Below, piece by piece: positions 1 to 11,873 of a stretch of 64,000 bases of DNA. This DNA is from Paraspadella gotoi (lineage: Eukaryota > Animalia > Chaetognatha), in contig CM119270.1 in NCBI GenBank assembly GCA_051294375.1, positions 1,145,238-1,209,237 of the forward strand. The letters run 5' to 3'. The position numbers and the translations under genes were made by a program. Below the pieces are notes generated by a model. That model searched no databases. It was not told the origin of the DNA and saw only the letters and a program-made list of their open reading frames with translations. Positions within the stretch are counted from its first letter, which is position 1. Each line of letters begins with the position of its first letter.

Positions 1-358
1 CCTCACCCAAGCCGCTCGCAAAGTCCGCCGCAATTTCCGCCACCACTTCCAGTCCTCACCCCAGTTGGCGTTCTTTTACGACGCCCTCACCTGGATCAGC
101 GCCCGCGTGGCTTGCCCTTACCTCGCCTCCCCTTTCCTCTTTCTCTCCCTCCGCAAAACTTGGACCTTTTACTCTTCTTATTACTTTTTCCTGCATCTCG
201 GATCCGCGGCCATCATCCTCCTGCTCCCGGACGGGCGGTCGTCCAAGGGAAACGGGGCGGGGAACAAGGCTGCGGCGGGGGCGGTGACGGGGCCGGAGGA
301 AGGGAAGGAGGCCAAGGAAAAAATAAGCGGGGACGAGGTGGATAAGAAGGTGGATTAA
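1..358 (+). CDS. MBOAT2: 3' end of lysophospholipid acyltransferase MBOAT1/2 (oysgedart-like), partial
   Basis: The frame open from base 2 reads LTQAARKVRRNFRHHFQSSPQLAFFYDALTW...PFLFLSLRKTWTFYSSYYFFLH...IILLLP, resembling the MBOAT1/2 C-terminus. It ends KKVD-stop (KKxx ER-retrieval signal). Confidence 0.85.
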   Translation, partial: LTQAARKVRRNFRHHFQSSPQLAFFYDALTWISARVACPYLASPFLFLSLRKTWTFYSSYYFFLHLGSAAIILLLPDGRSSKGNGAGNKAAAGAVTGPEEGKEAKEKISGDEVDKKVD

Positions 359-1229
359 GAGGAGAAGAGAGGAGGGGGAGTGGGATATAAAGATAGAAGA
401 GTTGGAATGGAATGGATAATCAAAAAAAGAGTGCAAAAGAGGAAGTTTGAGTTCCAGAGGGAGATGAGAGATGAAGCGACCAAGAATGCGACGGATAAAA
501 CTTTTTCTTTTTCATCCACAAACTTTTTTTCCACGGAGTTCCGGAAAAGATTTTCGTACCCATTCACCAGCCTAAATGTTTTAAGGTTTTTCGGTCGTAG
601 CTAATTAAATATACTATGTATTCCACTGTCAAAAAAAAAGCACGTACATTCGTACAAAAAAATCATTTTCAAGTATTTCCCCCTTTGACTCCCGATTTGG
701 ACCCTGACTGGATTAATCTTTGTTTTCGATCGCGGATCATCAACAGTTAATTCTCAATATATCGTGGAATTTGGCCGATTTACGGTGAATATTTAGAAGG
801 GAGGTGATTACTGTACACGTATTCGTAGAGGGGGCCAATTTTATATATATACGTGTGATTTACATCTCAAATATTGCTGACGTCTACAATTATGTGAATC
901 CTACCGAATTATATACAACATTATTTGGATTTAAGTTGATATTTATCATTTACATATTTTTTTTTTCAGTGGCAGGATCGGAAAAAAATTGATCGTTAAT
1001 TTAGTTAGCTAATTAATGAGCTAATTTTTTTCAAGAAAACGAAAGTGACTTTTTAGTGGACGAAATTATATTAAAATAAACAATTCCTTAGTTATAATAT
1101 TAATCCACTGAGTTAAAATATAAATTATAATCATAATTTGACCTAATGATAAACTAAACCAGTGGCTGCGCCAATACATGTAAATCGCTTTCAAGGGCTT
1201 AAACTGAACTGTTACTGCGTCAATAATAA

Positions 1230-1432
1230 TATTTTTTTAAATTTGTATCATTTTTTTATTTTTTTAACTTTTATTATTTTTTAACTTGTATCATTTTTTC
1301 AACTTGTATATTTTTTTCAACTTGCATACTTTTTTTAACTTATATAATTTTTTCAATTATATAATTTTTTTAACTTGTATAATTTTTTTAACTTGCATAA
1401 TTTTTTCAACTTGCAGCATTTTTTCAACTTTC
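1230..1432. repeat. AT-rich ~18 bp minisatellite (TTTTTTCAACTTGTATAA-like), about 11 degenerate copies
   Basis: Directly visible tandem periodicity. Confidence 0.85.
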
Positions 1433-2334
1433 AACTATCTAGTAATCAAGTTACATTAATGAGGAAGTTGAAATGTATGTCTATTTTTTTTGTTTCATAT
1501 CAATTTAAATATTTTTTGTTTCAATTTTTATTTAATTATTATTTACTGCAATATGCAAATTAGATTACAATATTTTTTCATTAATTTTTTTTTATAGTAA
1601 GGATTGGTGAGATCGTTATATTTTAAAAAAAATTTTTTTATATATTGTTTAAATTCTTTTGTATTTTTTTTGCATATAGGTCATCATTAAAAGATATGAA
1701 AAAAATAAAATGAATAATTTTACATATTTTTATATTTTATAAAAATATTTAAAACATTTTTAAAAATATTTACAAAAAAAAAAAACTTGCTAATTTGTTG
1801 AAAAGCAGGTGCAAGTGAAGATCTAGTGGGTGCAGATAAAATTTTTTGAATGTGCCTTTCATTTACAAAAGGCTTCTTGTTTTGTAAAGCCTTCTAGTAA
1901 AATAGGGTAAAAATATAAAGAAGATTTAATAAGACTGTTCTTTTGTTTCGGTAAAGATATACTAAAATTAAATGTTATTATTATTTTATTTTAAAAACGC
2001 TCTTTTGTTTGTAGAGCCATCTGGTTTATTAAGACCAAAACGGGCAAAAATTTGCTATTTTGTGTAAAGCGATGCAAGTGAAGATCTAATGGGTACAGAC
2101 AGAAGAGCAAATTTCTATAGAAAGTAGAAAAAGTAAGAGAAAAATCCTTTTAGTAGGTAGAAAAAGTTACAAAAACGGGAAAAAAAATTGGAAAAAAAAA
2201 TTTTCAGGGGGTAAGTAAATCGCTAAAGCGATTTACAATCACTTTTGACCAAAATCGGTTGAGTGGATCTCTCTCGTGTTTCATCCTTACCCAGGAAGAA
2301 TAGAAGATTCGATTTGAATTTTGGCGCGGACGCC

Positions 2335-2335
<1 letters not shown>

Positions 2336-2389
<54 letters not shown>
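2336..2389. repeat. (CT)n microsatellite
   Basis: Directly visible. Similar (GA/CT)n tracts at ~7806-7845, ~11407-11465 and ~48902-48957. Confidence 0.95.
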
Positions 2390-2392
<3 letters not shown>

Positions 2393-3520
2393 CTCGTTTT
2401 TCTTTCTTTCTCTCTTTCATTAAACCGACGGGGCTGCCATCTTAATAGAGGCCGCTCTGCTGTTTACACCAAACTTTTTATTTTTTCAAACATTTTTATT
2501 CATTTAACTATGTTTTTATGACAATTATTTGTTGATCCGTGTAATCGGTTGTTAAATGCAACGCAAATCGACTAGAAGTTAAAACTTGAGTTCGTTTTGC
2601 CTTGTTTTAATAAGTTAAAAATACAAAAGGGAAGCAAGCATGGCGATCCCGGCCGGTTGGCTCGTGTCATAACTCTAAATGAAATGGTCGAATCTCTATT
2701 ACCAAAATTATGGCTTTTTACAGCGTTGGCCTAAAAATAATAAAATGATGAAAGGGGCTTCGGAAATTTGGTTTGGTGCGTTTGTAGGATAAAAGGCTGA
2801 TAATTGTATATTGTATTAATTGCGCGAATTTAAAAAGATTTGAGTTCTGAAGAGAAATTGGAAGTAGTAAACCAGACTGGCGATATTCTTCGAATATTCA
2901 GTGTCATATTGAGTATTATTGAGTATTTTGTCAAAAGAAAATGACTCGGATGGGGAAAGTTTTTTAATGAAAAATTTCGAAAATATTTCTTACTACGAGA
3001 AAGAAAGAAACAACTAATTATTTATGATCATTCAGTTGCAAAGAAATTTTAGGTCAAAAATAAACTTTCAGAATAAACCTGCAAAAGCGGGAAAACAAAC
3101 TTGACCTCATCACAATATGCAAAACTAACGTATAATTCTAAAAGCTGACGGTCGTAGAGTCAAAGAAACATTTGCAAATGGAAAGTGACTTATGGAGTAC
3201 AGCTAATGCGGCTTGGAACGAGTATATGTTGCAATAGCAATTTGCGTTGGTAAAAAAACTGAATCGAACGCGGAAAACTCTAGTCAAAGGCTTCTTCGGA
3301 CTTGGTCCAGTATATTCAAATAGTGTTACGGATCGGCTTAACAAAAAATAAACGCTGTACAATGTACAGAGTTTATGGTCAAAAATTGATCGTGAACCAA
3401 ATGTTTACGCCCGTCTCACCCACTCTCTCTTGTGTATCAAAAAATATTGGGAAAAATCTTGGCTTCTAAGAAACGTGTCGGTCTGTCGGTTGACACTGAA
3501 ATTCCCTCACCTCCGTCACA

Positions 3521-4531
3521 ATGTTATCTATGAGCAAAAACTTGGATGAATTCCCGGAAGTCAAGGGTAAGTCGAGGATGCCTGACCCTGCCTTTCCTCT
3601 AATCCTTTTCTTTCCCTTACCCTTAATCCCCCTCGCCCCCGTCGTCCGTCGTAATGAAGCGATAGAATATGAACTCGGAAAAACTTTCTCTTCGTCTCGT
3701 CCTCTCAAATGAAAAGATCAAAATGAAATAAAAAAAAGAGATAAAATGAATGAAAAGAAAATGAAAGAAAAGCTGAAGGTTAAACTTTTTTCTGGTGTCG
3801 TCGAACGCGACGCCGACGACGACGACGACGACGATATAGGAGACGACGAAGACGACGGCGAAAATCTGACGGTTTATCTCGACGAAGAAGAAGACGCGGA
3901 TGACGCCGGCGAAAAAGACTCTGACGCCGCAGAGCGCCGGCAATCGAAAGACGACCCGGCGCCGTCTTCCTCTTCCCAAACCCCTCGTCGACGCGGTCGT
4001 CCCTCCATCCGTTCCAAAGTCTCTAGCCCAGGCCCTCATTCCTCTTCTCACGCCAAGCGGGCCAAGCTGGCCAAGACCCACCACTGTCCATCTTGTCGGC
4101 AGGTCTTCCACGATCCCGCCCTGCTCAAGCGCCACGCCCTCTCCCATTTTCGCTGTTCCAAATGCGAGCTCCAGTTCGCCTCCCGTCGCCTTCTTCGCGT
4201 CCACGTCGAGGAAGTCCACTGGCGCCTGAGGAACCTCTGCGACCGACTCGACCTTCCCCAGTCGGTGCTCGACGCCGCTACGGAACTCTTCGGTCGCGTG
4301 GGCGCCGCCAAGCAAGCGGCGTCTTCGGGGAGCCGCTTTCCTTTTCCACGCGAAGTCCTCGTCGCCGGATGCGTCTTCTCTGCGGCGCGGCGGGAAGGAG
4401 TGGAACTCTCCTTCAAGGCTTTTTGTCCTGTGGTCAAATTGGAGAGGAAGGTCGTGTACAAGGCGTTCAAGTCGATACAGGACGTTCTGGGTGTCAAGTT
4501 CGGTCTGCATATGAAGGAGGAGGGGGTTTGA
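3521..4531 (+). CDS. Acidic region + two C2H2 zinc fingers + single TFIIB-type cyclin-fold repeat (5' structure uncertain)
   Basis: ORF 3746-4531 has CPSC..H...H and CSKC..H....H fingers, then LRNLCDRLDLPQSVLDAATELF...LVAGCVFSAARREGVELSFKAFC, which resembles TFIIB repeat 1 (MADRINLP...[23 protein letters not shown]). A possible first exon 3521/3530-3566 (GTAAGT donor at 3567) joins in frame to the AG at 3839. Confidence 0.75.
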
Positions 4532-5305
4532 AGACCGAGAGGGGGCAGAGAGGTTCATTCTTTTAATTACATAAGTGTTTTTTTGGTTAAAAGAAGCCAA
4601 TTATTATCGTCATTTTTTAAAAGTATGAGGGTTTAAACTTTGACCTGGATGTTAATATAACGTTGGTCAAGAATCTTTTATTCTGTTTTACCGCCTTGTT
4701 ATTGTTGTTGAGGTACTGCGTTTTATTTTTCGAGCCTTTTCACTTACGACGTACATTATAACACAATGTACAAGTGTACATATCTATATGAAGTTATCAC
4801 TGTAATGTGTTTTTGTTTATATCTAGTCAAAATCATTTTTGTTCGCTTTATTTTACGTAGACCATTTTCAATATGCATGCGCCAAATTTTTAATAACGTT
4901 TGATGAGGTTCATTATCTTACTTTATGACTTAGGTCTTAGTTTTAAATATGTTGGGCTTTAGGAATGCGAATTCTCAAATAACTTAATCCTTTACATTTC
5001 TCAAAAGAGCGACCAAACCTAGTTTTTAAGATACAAAAAATGTTTTAAAAACTTTTTAAATGACGATAATTAATTAATAGATATAGTTGGGAAAGCTTTT
5101 TTTACGGATGTAAGTACGTAAGATTACGTATTTTTATGCTAAAAATTGTAAAACTTTATTTAAACTAATCAAATTTATTCACGTTTCGAGTTTCACACAC
5201 ACACACACCGGATACTTGTTATTCCTATTGTGTATCCCACCTTTTCTTCTTTTTTTAAAAAAAGTTATTTTTAAACTAATCAAGAGAAAACTAGAACCAA
5301 AAATA

Positions 5306-7801
5306 ATGAGCGGCCGACGAAGTTTAGCGTCGGCGCCGCCATTAGACGACGGCGAAATTTTCGCCAAACACAAGACGGTTCGTCGGCGGAGTTCCCTCCT
5401 TCCGCCCGCCGCCGCCGACGCCGATGATGAAGTCTTTCTCGTTGACCGCGAGAACTCTACGCCTTCCATCGAGTCTTCGGCCGCTTCATCGTCCAAGTCT
5501 TCCTCCGTCGTTTCCACCTCCGTCACATCCCTCTCTCCCTCCACCGCCAACCCATTCCTGGAACGCCTCAAGAGCGATCCCCGCTATTCGCCCGCCGCCA
5601 TTCGCCGCAGTTCCGCCGATCCGTCCAAGGCTCCGCCAACTTTGCCCAAATCCGTAGCCTCGACGCCCAAATCCGGCCCCGCCACGCCCAAATCACGAAT
5701 CCCCGCCGTCCGAAGCGGCTCGTCAACTCCCAAGCTCGCCGCCATGAGCCCTCTAGCGGTGAGAGCCATCGTTAACAGCAACAACAAGTATCGTCGCTTC
5801 GGCAGCGACGGAGACGAATCGGCTTCAATCAAAACCGGCGTCTGTGGGCCAAGACCCTCGCCGGCGCCGCTAGCGAAAAACTTGAGCTCGCCCAGACTCC
5901 GCGGTCAATCCACACTCGCCGATCGCCGCGATTCTTCCCTTCCTTCGGCGCATTCGACGCCGCACGACGCCGCTAAAAAGACGCCGATAATCCGGAATTC
6001 TTCTTTTTTCACTCCTTCCAGCGGCAGCAGCGAGGAAATCCGCACGTCCGGCGGAGCAGCGTCGTCGCAGCCGAGGCCGGAGGGATCAGCGGTGAAGAAG
6101 AAGACGACGACGACGACGAGGCTCTCGACGTTTTCCGAGGACGAACGGGAATCCCTCGTCGGGGATTCGGACTTGGAGCTCGTGGAGCCGACGCCGCCGT
6201 CGAGGCCAAAGTGAGTGGGTCATCTCCGCTGGAGTGAGTCGGTCGGACGTGTCTGACTCTCTTAGGGGAGAGCGAAGGGGGAATGTCTGGTATGGCTGCT
6301 GTTTTTACCCTGACCCAGTAGACCCTTTTATTGCCTTAATATGTTAATTGCTTAATTAAATTATTTTCTCTCTCTCTGGGGGAAACCCCGCAGAATCCCA
6401 CGCTTCATCCACGTGACCGAGGAGCACGCCCACATCCTCGACGGGATTCACTTTTATGTCGAGGTCTACGGACGGGAGGATCAAGCCAACCGCAGCGCCT
6501 CCATCGCAGATCAGATCACCAAGTAAGTTCTTCGACCTCAGCTCAGGGTTAGTTTGCGATTTCAAGACATTAAATGAGATTTCCGATGGCAGAATGGGCG
6601 GCACTTGCCATCCGCGTTTAAACGGCAAAGTGACTCACGTGGTCTTTCGCGATGGGCGTGGCTCCACCTACGAGAAGGCGAAGAAGAAAGGACTCCATCT
6701 CGTCAACGTCTTGTGGCTCGAGTATTGCAAATGGCACAAGGCGAAGGTGCTGGAGATCGATTACAAGTCAGTCGGGGTCTATTTATAGTAACGGTGCGCC
6801 AATGCCGATAACATTACTCTATACATCCACCAATTGCCATTTTTATCGCAAAGCGATTGTGACGATCTTGTAACGCTTTTGCGCAAAAGTGGCGTAGTCG
6901 TCGTCGTTGTCGTCGTCGGCGTTCATGATCGCCTTTTTCATGATTAAATTTGGGTGTATGAAGCTGAAAGTTTATATACAGCTTCTCATCATCAAAATTA
7001 AAATTGGGTCAGGACAGTTATTAAATATGTTTTGTTTACGTTTTATCAAAACAAATAAATATCCTCTATTTTATTTTCATGTTTCCTTCTCTCTCTCTTT
7101 TCTGCTGCTGCCTTTTGAGTCTGCAGCTGGCTCTGCAGGGGCTCTCTCTTTTTCTCTCTTTTCTTCTGCCGCTTCTACTGCTGCCTTTTGATTTCTTTCT
7201 TTTTTTTTTCTCTCTCTCTCTCTCTGCGTTTTTATAAAAAAAAATTGAATTAGGATTGAACTCGCAAAATATAATTTTTTTTTCTCTTTATTAATTAATT
7301 TTCTTTTCTCAAATTTTTTTTAGTATCAAAATTTGTCGTCAATCCAAATTTTTCTTATGCGATTGCGACGATCCTTATGCTTTTAAGATTTTTTTACAGT
7401 ATTCCAGGATCTTATACTTATAAGCAATTAAAACAGTTGAAAAAAATTATATACTATTTCAGAAGTTCGATTAAAAGAAATATGGAGGCCTTAACCCCCC
7501 CTGGACAGGGTTTACTATTTGTTATGTAATACAATTGCTTTACATTGTTACTCATAAAAACTCTCTTCCAACTTTTTCAACCTCTTTCCCCACCTTTCCC
7601 CCCCCCTAAAATACAGGGCGGATCCGCCGCCCCTGATAGAACAGCCCGACCCGTTCGGTCTCGGCCTCAACAAAGGAGCCAAAAGATACGCGAGAAAACC
7701 TCGATCCTTAACAAACCTTATGACGGATTCGGAATCGCGATCCGCGGAGAGGATTAAGAAGAGGAAGAAGAGATTGGAGAGAAAGGAGAAGCTCAAGAGT
7801 T

Positions 7802-7849
<48 letters not shown>

Positions 7850-10800
7850 GTGTGTCTCTTACTCACTCATCCACCAACAGGAATCGTCTCCCCCGAAACC
7901 TCGACTTCTTTTCGACGAAAACGGAGAGGAACTTCCCACTTATTCGCAGATCCTCGCCTCCGAGACGCCGCAGCCTTTCGTCCGGGGCCGAGTCTCCGAA
8001 TCTCCGCTTGACGGGAGCGGCTGCGGCGGCAGCGGCGGAGCATCGCCGCTGCTGAGGAAGACCCTTAATGACTCGGGTTGGTTGTCCCGTTGTTGGGTTT
8101 CCGTAATTCCATAACTCGACTCTTGAATAAATGCCAAGTAGAAAGGTTGAAAATCTACCATAGCTTAATTGAAAATCGATTTATGACGGGTATTTAACGT
8201 TAGATACATACAGAAGGGACAATAAATTTACATTACGTACATTTTGACTTAGCATCGTTTATTAAAGTCTTAATCATGGATTAAAAAAACTTAATTCTCA
8301 ATAATTGGCATTTTTTCTCCGCTAGGCGGCGATTCCTTGATCCGTCGCGTCACCGAGAAGAACGAGCGAGTCAAGGAGCTGTTGCGGCGGATGAGGTCGT
8401 CCAGCGATGAAGACGACGACGACGCGATGACGCAGATCGCCCCGCTGCACGTCAGGCTCAGGTGAGGCGTGTAGAAAATAGTGAGTAATTGTAATAACTT
8501 ATTGAAAAAAGGTTTATGACGAAAAACTTGATTACTACAATATGTAAATTAGATTTAACCCCTTTTCATTTCTTATTATCCCAGAGACCGTTCCTTCAAG
8601 GGCGACGAAAAATCCTCTTCCTCCCCGCGACCCTCGTCCACGGAGATCAACGCCCCGTCGACGGCGAACGGGTTGGACCCGCCGCGAGTTAAAGGCGTCA
8701 CCTTTCGTCCGGAGGTCTCCCTCGTTCCGTCGCCGAAGACGCCGTCCCTCGTCGCCGTCACCAAAGTCCCGAGCAGCTTGAGCGCGTGGCTCGACGAGGA
8801 TCTCAGCGGAGACGTCCCCTTGACGGACGATGAGGAGGAAGAGGAAGAAGAAGAACAAAAGAAAGAGCGATCGCGGAATTCTTCAGACGCCGAAGTGGAT
8901 CCAGATTCAGTGGCGGCGGAATTATCCTCTCGTCCCAACGTCGTCATTCCCGAAACTCAAAACTTATTCTCCGTCGAAACGGCGGCGTCTTCTTCGTCTA
9001 GTCCTTCGGCGGGTGCCGCGCCCACCTCGTCGTCCGGCGTCGTTGACGCCCCCACGCGCCCGAGTCCCAACTTCACCGTCAGACGAAAATCCAAATTCGT
9101 TCCTCCTTTCGCCGGAGACGCGAGGCGAAGTTCGAGGGGAGGAGCGAAGAGGGAAGACCGGAAGACGACGACGACGACGAAAAAAATCGAGGATTTCTTT
9201 CGCAAAGAGAATCAACGATTGGAAACGACGCCGATGGAAATGACTTCCATGGAACCGACGCCGATGGAAATGACTTCCATGGAACCGACGGCGATCGATA
9301 GAACGTTGATGGAAACGATGATATCGACGACGACGATGACGACGACGATGGAACCGACTCCTCGTCGACCAGCGAATCAGATTTCCTCAGTCTCCGTCGT
9401 TAGCGTCGACGCCTCTCCGGATCCCGGCGTCAATGGACTCACGAGTTGCACCGAAACCGCGCCAGAATGTTCCGATGACGACGACGCCGCCGAACTATCG
9501 TCCGCCGGTGGCGCCGGAGTCAAGCGTCTCTCCTCCGAAACTGACGCTGCGCCTAATGGCGAAGCTAAGAAGCGGAGAACGGCGTCGCCGGTCGCGGAAG
9601 ACGGCATCGGTTATACGACCGAAACTATAGACGGTTCCACGACGCTGACGGACGTCGAAGACCCCGGTCTCGCCGTTAGAACTCCGGACGACGCCCTTCG
9701 GATCGCCTCTCTCCCTCAAGGTCCGCCCGGACGTCGGAAGAAATTGTTCTTTTTCAGCGAAGCGGCGTCCCCGCCCGATTTGGCTTCGTCGCCGGCGGGC
9801 GGGTGGGCGTCTTCTTCGTCGCCGGGACCCTCTCCCGGCGCCTATTTAGCGTCCAAGGGGGCGGGAAAGGCCGCCGGGAAACGCGGCGGCGAGAGGCGGC
9901 GTTCGAAGCGGCTCTCGGAGGCGTCGGCTGGGAAAAGGACGACGCCAAAAGAAGGGGAGACCTTGTTGGATGTCATTGTTACCAAGGTAGGTGAGGTCGC
10001 CCTGGAGGGATACTGGGATAGTTCTGAATGAATAGGAAGCTCAGAATTGGTATTTATCTTTTCTCGTTTCTTTTTTTTATATATTCCCTGTAACTCTTTT
10101 TTTTAATCAATTTAAGAAGTCTTTCTCTCATCAATGTTTCATTTTTTCTTTTTCATAAGTCCACACAAACGCCAATATATCAAAACCAAATCTCCACCGA
10201 CTTGAACGTTCCTCTCTCCTCGGTGGACGTGACCAACAAGGCCGCCGTCGCCACTCCCGCATCCCTGCGCACCAGCGTCTCCGACACCACGGCCCTACGA
10301 CTCGTCGATGCCTCTTGCCCGATTCTGCCTCTCAAATCCGCCCTTTCCGAATCGGACGCGTCCCTCCTCGTCGCCCAATCTCCGCGAATCCAACGCCGAG
10401 TTTATCAAAAGTTGGGATCGAACGGATCGACGGGATCTTCCGGCTTCGCCATTCTGCCCTCGCGGCCGCAGATGAAAGCGACGGATGATCGACGGCCGAT
10501 CGTCATTTCTCGGAAATCTGGCAAATCTAATAATAGCCTGTGTGGAGAAGGAGCGGCGGGGAATGGGCGAGGTCACGACGGAGTGGCTGCCTCAGCAGCC
10601 GCCTCCACCGCCGCGGCAGCAGCTTCTCGTCCATCGCTGGAAGATTTCGATCTCGGCGTTGTCGCCGCCGCCGTCCGAAAGACGAAGACTCGTTCCGCCT
10701 CCACATCCTCCACGGCCTCCGTCTCTTCTTCCGCCCAACGCTCTTCCCAATTAAAAGAAGCGCCTCCGCCTCTCAGAAAACGACCCATCAACCTCGTCGC

Positions 10801-11401
10801 CACCTCTTGCCATCGAGATCAACGGGCGCTCGTCAAGTCGGCCGTCAAGACCCTCGGCGGCGTCGTCATGACGGCGTCCTTTTCTCCCTCGACGACCCAC
10901 TTGATTTCGGGAGAGCCGCGCCGCACCCTTAACATCCTTCGCGCTGTCGCTCGGGGCGGCGTTTGGATCCTTTCCTTGGAATGGATCGTCCAGTCGGTCG
11001 CCGCCGGTCGATGGTTGGAGGAGGAGCCTTTCGAATGCGTCGAGGATTTTCCCTCGTGTCGCGCCGCTCGACAGGATCCGCGTCTTCCCGGCGCCGTCTT
11101 TTCCTGCGTCGGTCGAGTCTTCGTCGACGCCGGGTGCGCGCCGCCGACCGAAGAACTCGCGGCGCTGCTCTCCGCTTGCGGCGCCAAGACGACGTCGACG
11201 ACGCGCAACGCCGATTTGGTGGTGACGTCTCGATCCGGCGCCGTCGGTGGCGGCGCCGGTGCAAGAAAAACAAAAGCGGCGCCGTCGGTGGAACCGACTT
11301 GGGTCCTCGATTCCATCACGAATCTCGAGGCTGTGGATTTGAAGGAATATTTGAAGGAACCGGAGATTGAAAGCGAAGACATTATGAGTCAGGAATATTG
11401 A
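5306..11401 (+). CDS. MCPH1: Microcephalin-like BRCT protein, ~8 exons (5306-6210, 6394-6522, 6592-6766, 7617-7803, 7881-8076, 8326-8461, 8585-9986, 10160-11401)
   Basis: Spliced BRCT1 ILDGIHFYVEVY...KMGGTCHPRLNGKVTHVVFRDGRGSTYEKAKKKGLHLVNVLWLEYC, plus C-terminal tandem BRCTs (TTHLISGEPRRTLNILRAVARG..ILSLEWIVQS; WVLDSIT). All GT-AG joins keep frame. Confidence 0.85.
6840..7385. mobile_element. Non-autonomous interspersed repeat, Helentron/DINE(HINE)-like, copy 1 (MCPH1 intron)
   Basis: Shares ~350 bp with 22871-23300 (e.g. ATGATTAAATTTGGGTGTATGAAGCTGAAA, GAGTCTGCAGCTGGCTCTGCAGGG). It has T-run flanks and a 14 bp subterminal motif GCGATTG(C/T)GACGAT at 6853 and 7359. Family assignment is inference. 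Confidence 0.6.
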
Positions 11402-11403
11402 TG

Positions 11404-11469
<66 letters not shown>

Positions 11470-11873
11470 GAGCCATCGTTGACAATTCATTGTACGGTTT
11501 TAGATCAGTGACTTCAAATTCTCTACGCCTTTTATCATATAAAGATTTAGTCCGCATTCCTTTATTTATGCGAAACCAATTAAATTTTTATAAAAAAATT
11601 TAAACCGATGTTAGAATTATAATTAAAGCCAAAAACTTTGCCATAAGATTGATTTTCTTTAATCTTCTCAATCGTTGTCTTATTTGCGCTCGCGTTTTTA
11701 ATGGTTATTGGTTCATAACCATTTATTTTTCTCGTATTTAATCACCTTTTTTTCCCCCAATAAACGTCTTCCTCTCAGGCACCAGTTTATTATCCAAATA
11801 TTTACGAAAGTTGCCTCATTGAAAACAACGCCTGTTTTTCTCCTACGCCATTTAAAAAAAAGGAAAAGCCGTT

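Noticed and set aside
1544-1566. Octamer as an snRNA or SL RNA gene distal element
   Set aside because: No snRNA/SL RNA body recognised downstream of any copy; copies track splice sites instead
9228-9290. 30 bp coding repeat (TPMEMTSMEP x2) in MCPH1
   Set aside because: Ordinary slippage in a disordered linker
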